A stretch of 64,000 nt of DNA, taken from positions 303,482-367,481 of the forward strand of contig DAOUJM010000014.1 of the NCBI GenBank assembly GCA_034422695.1. The letters are read 5' to 3'. This document shows positions 11,407 through 26,598 of the stretch, in pieces. Both the position numbers and the translations under genes were made by a program. The stretch is from Anaerolineae bacterium (lineage in GTDB: Bacteria; Chloroflexota; Anaerolineae; Aggregatilineales; Phototrophicaceae). Position 1 is the first letter of the stretch. The number at the start of each line of letters is the position of its first letter. The notes beneath the pieces were generated by a model that was not told where the DNA came from, ran no database searches, and saw nothing but the letters and a program-made list of their open reading frames with translations.

Positions 11407-11856
11407 TCAGTCGGCCAGTAGCAGCCGCGCCCTTGCGGCGGAAACCACAAACATCAGGGTCATCACCAGTTCGTGGGCGAGGCACCACAGGCACCAGGCC
11501 TGCAGGATATTGGCCTGCACGTGAATCAGCCACAGTGAAAACAGAAACCCGAAGAGGCTGAGGCCGACAACCAGCAAGGGGCCATAATTGCGCAGAATGG
11601 CGACGCGCGTTTCAAGCAGGAGCAGGGCCCCGAAGGTCAGCCAGGCGAGCAACCCCGGCCAGACGACGTCGATGCCGGCCACGCGTGACCATACGCTGTT
11701 CTGCACGACTTCACAGTTAATGGCTCCACCTGCCGCGCAGACCAGGTCGCTGTCGCCAAGCTTCACCCAGGCCAGATAGCCGGTGATGAGCAGTCCCGCG
11801 ACGACCAGCAGCAAACTGGCCCGTTTCAGCCTGTCCGGCATGGTTAGTCCACTCAC
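11407..11856 (-). CDS. Vitamin K epoxide reductase (VKOR) family membrane protein
   Basis: Hydrophobic segments, a loop Cys pair (VCAAGGAINC) and a CLWC redox motif. Its start overlaps the moeA stop by 4 nt. Confidence 0.75.
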   Translation of the reverse strand: MSGLTMPDRLKRASLLLVVAGLLITGYLAWVKLGDSDLVCAAGGAINCEVVQNSVWSRVAGIDVVWPGLLAWLTFGALLLLETRVAILRNYGPLLVVGLSLFGFLFSLWLIHVQANILQAWCLWCLAHELVMTLMFVVSAARARLLLAD

Positions 11857-13082
11857 TTGAGCGGCAGAACGTCCAGCTCGCTGCCGGCGGGCACGAAGGT
11901 CACGTTTTCCGGCACGACCAGCAAGCCGTCAGCCAGCACCATTGAAAACAGCGCTCCCGAACTTTGCGTGCCGGTGCTGCGCGCCAGCAAACGACCGTCC
12001 GCCCGCTCCAGGCTGACGCGCAGATAGCTGCGCCGGCCATCGGAGCGCAGGTCCTCGCAGACGATGGCGCGTATACTCTCGCCCTGCTGCGCCTCGCCCG
12101 CCAGTCGCTGCAGGGCGGGGCGCACGAAAATGCGGAAGGTCACCATGGCGGACACCGGATTGCCCGGCAGGCCGAAGAAGGGGATCCCCTGAACGTGGCC
12201 CCAGGCGAGCGGTTTCCCCGGTCGCATGTTTACGCGCCAGAAGTTAAGTTCTCCCAGTTCTTCCAGCACGTCGCGGACCAGATCGTGAGCGCCGACGGAC
12301 ACGCCGGCCGTGCTGATGATGAGGTCCGGTTGCTGCTGCAGGGCGTCCTGGAACATGGCGCGCACCTGTTCGAGGTCATCGCGGGCGATGGGCCGGCGCA
12401 GCGGCGTGCCGCCCAGTTCGCCGACCATGCCCTGAACCGTGAAACTGTTGACGTCGTGAATCTGGCCGGGCGCCAGGGGCTGGTCCACTTCCACCAGTTC
12501 GTCGCCGCTGCTGACAATGGCGACACGTGGCCGACGCCGGACCCTGACCTGCGCCTGGCCCAGCGCTGCCAGCATCCCCAGATGCTGCGGACGCAGGCGC
12601 GTGCCGGCGGCCAGTACCCGCTGACCGGCGCGCACGTTTTCGCCCACAGGTCGAACGCTGTCCCCGGGCGCCACTTCTTTCATCACGGCGACCGGCGTCG
12701 CCGGCGCCCCGGGCTCCTCACGCGACCAGTCCGCGTCCGTCTCCTCGACCGGGACGACGGCGTCCGCGCCGGCCGGCATGGGCGCCCCGGTCATGATTCT
12801 GGCGGCCTGTCCCGGCTTCAGGGCCCGCTGCGGGACAGCGCCGGCGGGGATGTCCATGACGACTTCCAGCTGGACCGGTCGCTGGCTGTCGGCGCCGGAC
12901 AGGTCCGCCGCGCGCAGGGCGAAACCATCCATGCTGGAGTTGGCAAAGGGGGGCAGGCTGGTCGTTGCGATCACATCTTCAGCCAGCACGCGGCCCAGAC
13001 AGTCTTCCAGCCTGGCGCTTTCCGCCGGCAAGGGCTGTAACTCCCCCAGTATACGTTGCAGTGCCTCGTCGACGCCGAGCAT
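11853..13082 (-). CDS. moeA: Molybdopterin molybdotransferase MoeA
   Basis: MLGVDEAL...SLPPFANSSMDGFALRA N-terminus. Length 409 aa from the ATG at 13082. The upstream 320 aa of the 730-aa ORF are antisense to relA and are rejected. Confidence 0.85.
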   Translation of the reverse strand: MLGVDEALQRILGELQPLPAESARLEDCLGRVLAEDVIATTSLPPFANSSMDGFALRAADLSGADSQRPVQLEVVMDIPAGAVPQRALKPGQAARIMTGAPMPAGADAVVPVEETDADWSREEPGAPATPVAVMKEVAPGDSVRPVGENVRAGQRVLAAGTRLRPQHLGMLAALGQAQVRVRRRPRVAIVSSGDELVEVDQPLAPGQIHDVNSFTVQGMVGELGGTPLRRPIARDDLEQVRAMFQDALQQQPDLIISTAGVSVGAHDLVRDVLEELGELNFWRVNMRPGKPLAWGHVQGIPFFGLPGNPVSAMVTFRIFVRPALQRLAGEAQQGESIRAIVCEDLRSDGRRSYLRVSLERADGRLLARSTGTQSSGALFSMVLADGLLVVPENVTFVPAGSELDVLPLK

Positions 13083-13181
13083 GTGCGCGCTCCGAATGAC
13101 CAGGCGGCAGTATACCATGCAGCGACCGGCCGGATGCGCCAGGCCATGCAATTCGCTATGCTTGGGGCGAACAACGTTTCG

Positions 13182-15380
13182 ATGAGAGGGCGCATGAACC
13201 TGGAAGGCCTGCTGGAGGGGCTGCCGGATCTGTCGCCGCATGATCAATCGCTCGTCGAGCGCGCCTGGCAACGCGCGGAGCAACTGCATGCAGACCAGAG
13301 GCGCAAGTCCGGCGAACCCTATTTCACGCATTGTGTCGCGGTGGCGCGCATTCTGGCCGAAATCCGGATGGATGCGGAGGCGATCGCCGCCGGTCTGTTG
13401 CACGATACCCTGGAAGACACCGGCATTTCGCGGGAAGTGCTTGAGCGTGAGTTCGGCCGCAGGGTCGCAGCGCTGGTAGACGGCGTTACCCGCCTCTCGA
13501 ACCTGCCCCTGACCGACGCAAGCCAGCGTCACAGCGAACGGGACCAGCAATACCTGCGCAAAATGATGCTGGCCATGGGCGATGACGTCCGGGTCGTGCT
13601 GGTCAAGCTGGCGGACCGTCTGCACAACATGCGCACCCTGGGCTACATGCCGCCGGAGAAGCAGCTGCACATCGCGCGCGACACGCTGGATATCTTTGCG
13701 CCACTCGCCAGCCTGCTGGGCATCTGGCAATTCAAGTGGGAACTGGAAGACCTCAGTTTTCGCTATCTGCACCCGCAGGAATACCGGCGCATCGCGACCA
13801 GCATGAACGAGCGCCGGGTGGACCGCGAGCGCTACCTGGAGCGGATTTCCCGGACGCTCCGCGAAGAGCTGGCCAGCTACAAGCTGGACAATGCCATTAT
13901 CAGTGGCCGCCCCAAGCACATTTACAGCATCTACAGCAAGATGCTGCGCAAGGAATTGCCCTTTGAGCAGATCTATGACGTGCGCGCCCTGCGCGTCATC
14001 GTGGACAGCACGCCGGAGTGCTATCTGGTGCTCGGTATCGTGCACAACCTCTGGCGACCGATCCCGGTAGAATTCGACGACTACATCGCTTCACCCAAGG
14101 ACAATTTCTACCAGAGCCTGCACACAGCCGTGCTCGATTCAGGCGGCAAGACGCTTGAGGTACAGATTCGCACGCGCGAGATGCACGAGCATGCCGAGTA
14201 CGGCATCGCGGCCCACTGGCGCTACAAGGAGGGGGTGCGCGGCAACGACCGGGAATACGAGCGACGCGTCAGTTTCCTGCGGCGCCTGATGGAATTCGGG
14301 CCGGAGGAGGATGACCCCGAACACTTCGTCACCACCATCAAGAGTGACGTGCTCAAGGACCGGGTCTACGCCTTTACGCCCAAGGGCGACATCTGCGATT
14401 TGCCGGCCGGCGCCACCCCGATTGACTTTGCCTATCACATCCATACCGACATCGGGCATCGCTGCCGCGGGGCGCGCGTGCATGGTCGCCTGGTCAGTCT
14501 GGACTACGTGCTGCAAACCGGCGATCAGGTCGAGATCCTGACTTCCCGCCACGGCGGCCCCAGTCTGGACTGGCTGAATCCCAATCTGGGCCACGTGCAG
14601 ACCTCGCGCGCCCGCAACAAGATCAAGCACTGGTTCCGACGCCAGGACCGCGACCGGCATCTGGCGACCGGCCGCGACGTCCTGGAACGCGAACTGCGGC
14701 GGCTGGGTCTGCTGGATTCCATGTCCTTTGAAGCGGTGGCGGACCTCTTTGACTTTGAAAAGGGACGGATTGACGAGTTTCTGGTCAAGATCGGCGCCGG
14801 CGACATAAACAGTTCGCAGATTGCCAACCGGATTCTGGAAACCGAGCGCCAGCAGGAGAAGGAATCGCTGATTGAGCGGATGCTCGAGAATCCCGGGGAT
14901 ACCTCGGCCACCCGTCCCGTCGGGCCGCAGCCGACCGGGGCCATCGACATCATGGGCACCGGTGGCTTGCTGGTGAATCTGGCCTCCTGCTGCAATCCCA
15001 TGCCCGGCGACGGTGTGGTGGGGTTCATCACACGGGGACGCGGCGTCACCGTGCATCGTGAGGACTGCAGCAACCTTCGTTCCGGCGCGGAGGCGGAGCG
15101 CCTGGTCGAAGTGAGCTGGGGCCAGGATGCGAACGAGCAACGCTATCCGGTGCCGATTGAAATCACCGCCTGGGACCGTGAAGGGTTGTTGCGGGACGTC
15201 AGCAGCGTGGTGGCCGATGCCGGCGTCAACATGTCCGCCGTCAACGTGGTGACATCAAGAAACATCGCGACCCTGCATCTGACCATCGAGATTCGCAGCG
15301 CGGAGCAACTGATGCGGATCCTGACGCGCCTTGAGGCGATCAGAAATGTCATTGAGGCGCGCCGCCACAAGGGCAGTTGA
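13182..15380 (+). CDS. relA: Bifunctional (p)ppGpp synthetase/hydrolase (RelA/SpoT homolog)
   Basis: HD hydrolase motif HDTLEDT and synthetase motif RPKHIYSIYSKM, with TGS- and ACT-like C-terminal regions. 732 aa from the ATG at 13182. Confidence 0.9.
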   Translation: MRGRMNLEGLLEGLPDLSPHDQSLVERAWQRAEQLHADQRRKSGEPYFTHCVAVARILAEIRMDAEAIAAGLLHDTLEDTGISREVLEREFGRRVAALVDGVTRLSNLPLTDASQRHSERDQQYLRKMMLAMGDDVRVVLVKLADRLHNMRTLGYMPPEKQLHIARDTLDIFAPLASLLGIWQFKWELEDLSFRYLHPQEYRRIATSMNERRVDRERYLERISRTLREELASYKLDNAIISGRPKHIYSIYSKMLRKELPFEQIYDVRALRVIVDSTPECYLVLGIVHNLWRPIPVEFDDYIASPKDNFYQSLHTAVLDSGGKTLEVQIRTREMHEHAEYGIAAHWRYKEGVRGNDREYERRVSFLRRLMEFGPEEDDPEHFVTTIKSDVLKDRVYAFTPKGDICDLPAGATPIDFAYHIHTDIGHRCRGARVHGRLVSLDYVLQTGDQVEILTSRHGGPSLDWLNPNLGHVQTSRARNKIKHWFRRQDRDRHLATGRDVLERELRRLGLLDSMSFEAVADLFDFEKGRIDEFLVKIGAGDINSSQIANRILETERQQEKESLIERMLENPGDTSATRPVGPQPTGAIDIMGTGGLLVNLASCCNPMPGDGVVGFITRGRGVTVHREDCSNLRSGAEAERLVEVSWGQDANEQRYPVPIEITAWDREGLLRDVSSVVADAGVNMSAVNVVTSRNIATLHLTIEIRSAEQLMRILTRLEAIRNVIEARRHKGS

Positions 15381-15401
15381 GCGGGTGACGGTCCCGCTGC
15401 C

Positions 15402-16490
15402 GTGAACATACTGCTGCTGGAACCCTGGTTCGGCGGCAGTCATCGCGTCTGGGCCGAAGGCTACGCGCGCCACTCGGCCCACGACGTGCAATTGCTGACG
15501 CTGCCCGCGCAGTTCTGGAAGTGGCGCATGCAGGGCGCGGCCGTCACCCTGGCGCGGGAAATACGGGAAAGGGGCCTGAAGCCGGACGTCATCCTGGCAT
15601 CGGGCATGATGAACGTGGCGACCCTGCGCGCGCTGCTGCCAACGCCGGCGCCGCTGGCGCTGTACCTGCATGAGAACCAGCTGACCTACCCGCAAAACAG
15701 GCGCCAGCGCCATGGCTGGCAATATGGTTTCGTCAACTACGTCAGCGCGCTGGCAGCCGACCGGGTGTTCTTCAACAGCGCCTGGCATCGTGGCGTCTTC
15801 CTTGACGAGCTGCCGCGCATGTTGCGGCACTTCGGGGACTGCAACGAGGAAGGCAGTGTGGAATGCATTCGCCAAAAGGCGGGCGTGCTGGCACCGGGCA
15901 TGGAGCTGGCTCGTCTGGATCGCCTGCGTCCGGCTCACGTCCGCCCTGAAGCCACAGCGCTCATCCTCTGGAATCACCGCTGGGATGAAGACAAGAATCC
16001 AGTTCTTTTTCTCGATTCCCTGCTGGCGCTGGCGGCGGACGGCGTCCCCTTTCGCGTGGCCCTGGCGGGAGCCAACGAGCGACAGGCCCCGGCGGAGTTT
16101 GAGGCCGCCAGGGAACAGTTGGGGGAGCGCGTCGTGCAGTACGGCCACGTCGGGGACGAGGCGGCTTACGGGCGCCTGTTATGGTCCTCCGACTACGTGG
16201 TCAGCGCGGCCAACCAGGACTTCTTCGGCATGGCTGTGGTGGAGGCCATCTACTGTGGCTGTGTGCCAATCCTGCCGCAACGCCTGAACTATCCGAACCT
16301 GGTGCCGCAAGCATGGCACGCGCAATGTCTGTATCGACGCAATCGACTGGCGCCATTGTTGCTGCGTCATTTGCATGGCCAGTTCCAGGTGCCATGTGAA
16401 GCGCTGCGGGACTTTGTGGCCGAATATGACTGGCAGGTACAGGCCCCGCTCATGGATCACGCGCTGGAACAGCTGGCTGGCCAGGCATGA
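15402..16490 (+). CDS. DUF3524-type glycosyltransferase (bacterial homolog of GTDC1/QTMAN tRNA-queuosine mannosyltransferase family)
   Basis: N-terminus [21 protein letters not shown]...[12 protein letters not shown], which I recognise as the DUF3524 family, followed by a GT4-like C-terminal half. GTG start 22 nt after the relA stop. Confidence 0.6.
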   Translation: MNILLLEPWFGGSHRVWAEGYARHSAHDVQLLTLPAQFWKWRMQGAAVTLAREIRERGLKPDVILASGMMNVATLRALLPTPAPLALYLHENQLTYPQNRRQRHGWQYGFVNYVSALAADRVFFNSAWHRGVFLDELPRMLRHFGDCNEEGSVECIRQKAGVLAPGMELARLDRLRPAHVRPEATALILWNHRWDEDKNPVLFLDSLLALAADGVPFRVALAGANERQAPAEFEAAREQLGERVVQYGHVGDEAAYGRLLWSSDYVVSAANQDFFGMAVVEAIYCGCVPILPQRLNYPNLVPQAWHAQCLYRRNRLAPLLLRHLHGQFQVPCEALRDFVAEYDWQVQAPLMDHALEQLAGQA

Positions 16491-18915
16491 CTGTCTGCCG
16501 CTGGTAGGGCACGACGGCGTGCACCCGTTCGCGGGCGCGCAGGGTGATCACGTAGTCGCTGCCTGCGTGGCCTGGTCTGAGTCGGGGGGCCCTGCCCAGA
16601 CGCATGTACAGGGCCTTGTGACGATTCGTCAGTACCAGGATGTTATCAGTCTGCCGGCCAATAGTCGCGGCAACCAGCTCCTTGCTGCCCTTTGGCAAGT
16701 GGGTCAGGCGGACGCCCTGACCGCCCCGACCCTGGGTCGTAAACTCGTCGGCGAGCGCGCATTGGGCCAACCCGTCGTCGGTGATGGACCATACGTACTG
16801 GCCGTTTCGTACCGCCATCGCGCCGACGACGCGATCGTTGCGAGCGGCGAGTCTGATGCCCCGCACGCCTCCCGCCGCCAGCCCCGTCGGCCGGACGTCG
16901 TTGCCGTCGAAACGAATCGCCCGCGACCGGGCCGTGCAGAGCATGATTTCCTGCGAAGCGGCGACCGGCAGGACCTGCAGCAGGGAGTCGTCAGGGGAGA
17001 GTTTGAACACGGAAAACAGGTTGACCGAGACGCCCGGCAGATCCTGAATGCGGATACGTTTGACCAGCCCGCCGGTGGTGGCCAGCAGCAACATGCCGTC
17101 ACGCTCCGCAGGGGAAAGGGCCACCAGCGCGACGACGTCCTCGTCGTCCATGGCGCACAGACTTCGGAGAGGGGCCCCTTCATCCGCCCTTTCAAGCGCG
17201 GGCAACTGTTGCACGGGCAGGGAGGCGCAGTTGCCGTTCGCGCTGAAGAGATACAGAATGCCGGCAGTGCTGCCCTGCAGGAGAAAGCGCGGCGGGTCCC
17301 TGTCCGAGGCACTGACTTTCGGCGGTCGGTCTTCATGGCTGCGGGCGAGGCGCCTTGCAACAGTCAGGGATATCCACGTCAGGCTGTCCGGCAGATCAGG
17401 TTGTTCAGCGCCATTCGCCTGGCCATCCGCGATGAGTGTGCGCCGCGGGTCCTGAAAGGCCTGGCGCGCCTCATGCAATTCCTCCGCGATGAGCGCGCGC
17501 ATTTGCGTCTCGCTGCCCAGCAGGGCTTCAAGCCAGTCGATGCGCTGCAGCAACTCCCGGTGCTCCTCACGCAACTTGCGTCGCTCAAGCGCTGCCAGCT
17601 GACGCAACTGCATGTCCAGAATGGCCCGCGCCTGCTGCTCCGTGATCTTCAGCTTCCTGCGCAGGTTGTTGCGCGCCGAATTGGCAGTGCGGGAAGTCCG
17701 GATAATCCGCAGGGTTTCGTCCAGCTGGTCCAGCGCGCGCAGCAGACCTTCGAGCACGTGGGCGCGGGCGCGGGCGCGTCCCAGTTCATGTTCGCTGCGG
17801 CGGCGAACGATCGTTTGTCGATGCTGCAGGTACACCTGCAGGGCCTGCCTGAGGTTGAGCACCCGTGGTTCGCCATCGACGAGCGCCAGCATGATGATGC
17901 TGAAGGTCTCCTGCAGCGGCGTCAGCCGGTACAGCTCGCTCAATACTGATTTGGCATCGGCGTTACGTTGCAGTTCAATGACCAGGCGCAATCCCTGGCG
18001 GTCCGATTCATCGCGCAGGTCAGCCAGGCCCTCCAGTTTGCCGCCGCGCACCAGGGTGGCTATTCGTTCGGTAAGGGCGGACTTGTTGGTCTGGTAGGGG
18101 AGTTCGCTGACGATGATGCGCGACTTGCCGCGACCCATATCTTCAACATGTGTCCTGCCGCGAACCGTGATTTTGCCCCGGCCGGTGGCATAGGCTGACG
18201 CAAGGGCGTCGTCCCCGTCATCCACACCGGAACCATGGCGGAACACAATGCCTCCGGTCGGAAAATCGGGCCCCCTGATGTGGCGCAACAGGTCATCCAG
18301 CGCAAGTTCCTCGTCCGCCCCGTGTTCCAGCATGTGAATCAGGGCATCACACACTTCCCCCAGGTTGTGGGGCGGGATGCTGGTAGACATGCCGACCGCA
18401 ATGCCGGAAGCGCCATTGACCAGCAGATTGGGAAAGGCGGATGGCAGAACCACGGGTTCGGAAAGGCTGCCATCGAAGTTCTCGCGGAAATCAACCGTGT
18501 CCCGTTCCAGATCGACCAGCAGGGCCTGGCCGGCAGCGGTCATGCGGGCTTCGGTGTAGCGCATGGCGGCGGCGCTGTCGCCATCAATGCTGCCGAAGTT
18601 TCCCTGTCCATCGACCAGCGCATAGCGGGTGTTGAATGACTGGGCGAGGCGCACCATGGATTCATAGACGGCCGCGTCGCCGTGAGGGTGATACTTGCCC
18701 AGCACCTCGCCGACAATGCGCGCGCTTTTCTTCCAGGGGGTGTCCGCTCGCAGCCCCATGTCATGCATGGCGTAAAGGATGCGACGATGCACCGGTTTGA
18801 GGCCGTCACGGGCATCGGGCAAGGCGCGCGCGACGATGACGCTCATGGCGTAATCGAGATAGGCGCTGCGCATCTCCTGATCGATTGAGACGGGTTGAAC
18901 AAGTGTCGCGTTCAT
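16450..18915 (-). CDS. gyrA: DNA gyrase subunit A
   Basis: [24 protein letters not shown] and the active-site Tyr context AAMRYTE. 821 aa from the ATG at 18915. Confidence 0.95.
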   Translation of the reverse strand: MNATLVQPVSIDQEMRSAYLDYAMSVIVARALPDARDGLKPVHRRILYAMHDMGLRADTPWKKSARIVGEVLGKYHPHGDAAVYESMVRLAQSFNTRYALVDGQGNFGSIDGDSAAAMRYTEARMTAAGQALLVDLERDTVDFRENFDGSLSEPVVLPSAFPNLLVNGASGIAVGMSTSIPPHNLGEVCDALIHMLEHGADEELALDDLLRHIRGPDFPTGGIVFRHGSGVDDGDDALASAYATGRGKITVRGRTHVEDMGRGKSRIIVSELPYQTNKSALTERIATLVRGGKLEGLADLRDESDRQGLRLVIELQRNADAKSVLSELYRLTPLQETFSIIMLALVDGEPRVLNLRQALQVYLQHRQTIVRRRSEHELGRARARAHVLEGLLRALDQLDETLRIIRTSRTANSARNNLRRKLKITEQQARAILDMQLRQLAALERRKLREEHRELLQRIDWLEALLGSETQMRALIAEELHEARQAFQDPRRTLIADGQANGAEQPDLPDSLTWISLTVARRLARSHEDRPPKVSASDRDPPRFLLQGSTAGILYLFSANGNCASLPVQQLPALERADEGAPLRSLCAMDDEDVVALVALSPAERDGMLLLATTGGLVKRIRIQDLPGVSVNLFSVFKLSPDDSLLQVLPVAASQEIMLCTARSRAIRFDGNDVRPTGLAAGGVRGIRLAARNDRVVGAMAVRNGQYVWSITDDGLAQCALADEFTTQGRGGQGVRLTHLPKGSKELVAATIGRQTDNILVLTNRHKALYMRLGRAPRLRPGHAGSDYVITLRARERVHAVVPYQRQTVMPGQPAVPARDP

Positions 18916-18939
18916 GTGGCATTCCTGAAAAACGTGGAA

Positions 18940-18957
18940 TACGAACATATGTTCGTA
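18940..18957. promoter_or_regulatory. Perfect 18-bp palindrome TACGAACATATGTTCGTA containing a Cheo-type LexA box (CGAACATATGTTCG)
   Basis: Read directly from the sequence. It lies 25 nt upstream of the gyrA start and 12 nt downstream of a TATAAT on the gyrA strand. Confidence 0.6.
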
Positions 18958-18968
18958 ACAGTAAAACG

Positions 18969-18974
18969 ATTATA
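18969..18974 (-). promoter_or_regulatory. Candidate -10 hexamer TATAAT for gyrA
   Basis: The minus strand reads ...gtcgctgtgTATAATcgttttactgttACGAACATATGTTCGT.... The -35 (TGGTAA) is weak. Confidence 0.4.
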
Positions 18975-19029
18975 CACAGCGACTTGCAGGCTTACCAGGA
19001 TTCTGGCGCGGGCATGATACAATGCGGGC

Positions 19030-20349
19030 ATGAAACACATCTTTCGTGCCCTGTTCTGGCTGACGCTGGCTGCCTGCGTGCCGCAGACGCCCATTCCGGT
19101 TTATGTCACGCCAACCCATGAGCCCCAGCAGCGTCAGGTGGTTGCCCGCGTGCCGGAAGCGACGGATACTCCCCTGCCGGCGCCGACGGACACCGCGACC
19201 CCCGTGTTCACGCCGACGCCGGCGCCGCCCACAGCCACGCCCCTGCCATATCTGAATCCTGAGGACATGGGTACGCAGCTACACACCCTGCTCAGCCAGG
19301 AGGACTTCAGAAGGGTTTCGGAGATCACCGAGCGGCTGGGTCTCGGTTGGGTAAAGGTGCAGATTGACTGGAAGCTGTTACAACCCAACGGCGCAGCAGA
19401 TACCGGTGTGGATTTCAGGAGACAGGAACTCTATCTGGAGGACCTGAAGCGGCGCGGTCACAAGGTCCTCGTGAGCGTGGCGCGCGCGCCGGACTGGGCG
19501 CGCTCCAACCGCGAAGAGGCCGGGCCACCGGATGATCCGCAGGTGCTGGCCGGTTTTCTTGATCTGATGCTGCGGGAGTTCGGCAACGTCATTGACGCCG
19601 TGGAGGTGTGGAACGAGCCCAATCTGCTGCGCGAGTGGAGCGGCCGTCCGATCAGTGGCGGCGAATACATGCGTTACTTCCGGGTTGCCCGCGACGCCAT
19701 CAACAACTATTCGCAGCGCATGAAATCCGACGTGGACGAGCCGCGCCAGACCCCCGTGCTGGTTTTGACGGCCGGGCTGGCGCCTACCGGGAACAGTCCC
19801 TGGTCCGTGGATGACCGGCAGTATTTGCGGCAAATGTACAATGCCGGGCTGGCCAACCTGGACGGGGTTCAGCTCGGCGCCCATCCCTTTGGCTGGGGCA
19901 ACGCGCCGGATTCAGGCTGCTGCGACCCCGTCGCCGACCGGGGCTGGGACGATGCGCCCCAGTTCTTCTTTCTGGATACCTTGCGCAACTATCGGGACAT
20001 CATGCTGGCCTACGGCGACGCTGATGCGCAAATCTGGGTGACCGAGTTCGGCTGGCCCACCTGGGACAGCCTGCCGGGAGACCCGCCAGAGCCTTTCGTG
20101 GGCTACAATGACAAGTGGGCCCAGGCCTTCTATACCTTGCGCGCCTTCCAGATCGGTCAGCAACTGGATTACGTCGGACCGATGATTTTGTGGAACATGA
20201 ATTTCGGCTGGCTGCCGCATCTGATTGACAACCGTGACGAACGGGCCGCCTACAGCCTGCTTGTGCCCCTGGCACAGCAGGAACGACCGCTCTACTGGAT
20301 GATTTACGATTCTGTGCGGCCAGACGTCCAGTTTGGACGCTTCAGCTAG
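19030..20349 (+). CDS. Secreted glycoside hydrolase, clan GH-A (GH5-like) fold
   Basis: Signal peptide, Pro/Thr-rich linker, VEVWNEPN (acid/base-like) and IWVTEFGW (nucleophile-like) motifs. Confidence 0.6.
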   Translation: MKHIFRALFWLTLAACVPQTPIPVYVTPTHEPQQRQVVARVPEATDTPLPAPTDTATPVFTPTPAPPTATPLPYLNPEDMGTQLHTLLSQEDFRRVSEITERLGLGWVKVQIDWKLLQPNGAADTGVDFRRQELYLEDLKRRGHKVLVSVARAPDWARSNREEAGPPDDPQVLAGFLDLMLREFGNVIDAVEVWNEPNLLREWSGRPISGGEYMRYFRVARDAINNYSQRMKSDVDEPRQTPVLVLTAGLAPTGNSPWSVDDRQYLRQMYNAGLANLDGVQLGAHPFGWGNAPDSGCCDPVADRGWDDAPQFFFLDTLRNYRDIMLAYGDADAQIWVTEFGWPTWDSLPGDPPEPFVGYNDKWAQAFYTLRAFQIGQQLDYVGPMILWNMNFGWLPHLIDNRDERAAYSLLVPLAQQERPLYWMIYDSVRPDVQFGRFS

Positions 20350-20368
20350 ACGGGCCCGGTCAGGATCA

Positions 20369-20397
20369 AAAAGGGGTGGTACAAGGCCCACCCCTTT
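20369..20397. terminator. Bidirectional intrinsic terminator between the convergent GH gene and rpoC
   Basis: Perfect 10-bp stem AAAGGGGTGG / CCACCCCTTT with an 8-nt loop. On the minus strand the stem is followed by TTTTT, 20 nt after the rpoC stop. Confidence 0.7.
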
Positions 20398-20417
20398 CCT
20401 TGCCAGTTTCCTGGATA

Positions 20418-25187
<4,770 letters not shown>

Positions 25188-25479
25188 GATGACCTCCCCT
25201 GCGGTTCAGAATGGTGGCGCGACGGTCAGGATGACGCCGCCGACATGATCTGCCGGCGGGAAGACGTTGGCAACATGCAGTGTGGCGGCGTTACCAGACG
25301 CGCAAAACAGCCGGCAGGCACAGGGCGCTGCCGCATTCTGACAATCTGGAAATGCCTCACCTGTAGACAACAGCAAAGCACACTTGTCAGGGCCTGCCTG
25401 TCAAGTCCGGTCAGCCTCGCGGGTAACTATGTGAACTGTGTCAACGATGCCCGGATTGTAGCGACTTCTGCGCCGGCTG

Positions 25480-26598
25480 TCAAGCGCCCGGGTCGCCGGC
25501 GACGCGGGTACGCATCCAGGCTTCCATGAATTCCGTCAGACGACCATCCAGCACGGCGCCGGCATTGCCGACCTCGAAACCGGTGCGGTGGTCTTTCACC
25601 ATCTGGTAGGGATGGAGCACGTAGGAGCGGATCTGGTTACCCCAGCCGGCGTCCACGTTTTCGCCTTTCAGGCTGGCCAGTTCGGCCTCCTGCTTCAGCC
25701 GTTCCTCTTCCAGCAGCCGCGTCTTGAGAATCTGCATGGCGCGCTCGCGGTTCTGCTTCTGGCTGCGTTCGTTCTGGCACTGCACCACGATTCCCGTCGG
25801 GACGTGGGTGATGCGGATGGCGGTGTCGTTCTTCTGAACGTGCTGACCGCCGGCGCCGCCGGCGCGAAAGGCATCCACGCGCAGGTCCGCCTCGTTGATT
25901 TCGATGTCGATCCTGCCCTGTATGTCCGGCCAGAGCTCGACCTTGGCGAAGGAGGTATGACGGCGACTGGCTGAATCAAAGGGGCTGAGTCGAACGAGGC
26001 GATGTACGCCGCGCTCGCTGTGCAGATAGCCATAGGCATAACTGCCATCTATCTCGAGCGTCACGCTCTTGATGCCGGCTTCCTCACCCTCGCTGCGGTC
26101 GATGACCGTGGTTGAGTAACCGCCCTGTTCCGCCCAGCGCAAATACATGCGTTCCAGCATGCCGGCCCAGTCCTGCGAATCCGTGCCGCCGGCGCCGGCG
26201 TGAATGGCGAGGATGGCGCTCTCCCGGTCATGGGGCCCGGACAGCATGGCCTGGAAGGACATGCGCTCCACCAGAGGCTGCAACTCTTCACATTCCGTGG
26301 CCAGCTCCTCCAGCAGATCGGGATCGTTCATCCTGGCCAGTTCCAGGGCGTCATCGATGCGTTGGGCGATATCGCGCCAGCGCCCGATCTCGGCCCGGAG
26401 CGCCGACAGCTCCTGCATTTTCCGGCTTGCCGCGTCCGGGTCATCCCAGAAGCCGGTTTCGCCGGCGGCGCTTTCGATCACGGCCAGGGCAGCTTCCTTG
26501 TCCGCGATGCCCAGCCGCGCGATGAGGCCGTCGATGGTCTCCTTGAGGGACTGCAGTTGGCTGACAAGGGCGTCCATGGCGCGCTCAGTTTTCGTCAA
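25480..26598 (-). CDS. prfB: Peptide chain release factor 2 (single uninterrupted ORF)
   Basis: SPF tripeptide (RLSPFDS) and GGQ (AGGAGGQHVQ). The start may be 26598 or 26577. Confidence 0.9.
   Translation of the reverse strand: MTKTERAMDALVSQLQSLKETIDGLIARLGIADKEAALAVIESAAGETGFWDDPDAASRKMQELSALRAEIGRWRDIAQRIDDALELARMNDPDLLEELATECEELQPLVERMSFQAMLSGPHDRESAILAIHAGAGGTDSQDWAGMLERMYLRWAEQGGYSTTVIDRSEGEEAGIKSVTLEIDGSYAYGYLHSERGVHRLVRLSPFDSASRRHTSFAKVELWPDIQGRIDIEINEADLRVDAFRAGGAGGQHVQKNDTAIRITHVPTGIVVQCQNERSQKQNRERAMQILKTRLLEEERLKQEAELASLKGENVDAGWGNQIRSYVLHPYQMVKDHRTGFEVGNAGAVLDGRLTEFMEAWMRTRVAGDPGA

Noticed and set aside
13083-14045. N-terminal 320 aa of the 730-aa ORF that ends as MoeA
   Set aside because: This part is antisense to relA and has no MoeA similarity. 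MoeA begins at the ATG at 13082 (MLGVDEAL), giving a normal 409-aa protein.
16375-17949. 524-aa ORF on the plus strand
   Set aside because: It is antisense to gyrA, with no domain signatures.
25188-25479. TGTCA/TGACA-rich rpoC leader as further copies of the mevalonate 17-bp motif
   Set aside because: The spacing differs (TGTCA-N9-TGTCA) and the central GCA(A/T)(A/T) core is absent. On the rpoC strand these read as TTGACA/CTGACA and may simply be -35-like boxes.
25480-26598. Expected programmed +1 frameshift site in prfB
   Set aside because: The RF2 ORF is continuous through the region equivalent to the E. coli frameshift site (LIARLGIADKEAAL), with no in-frame stop. This is the non-frameshifting variant seen in a minority of bacteria and is not an anomaly worth flagging.
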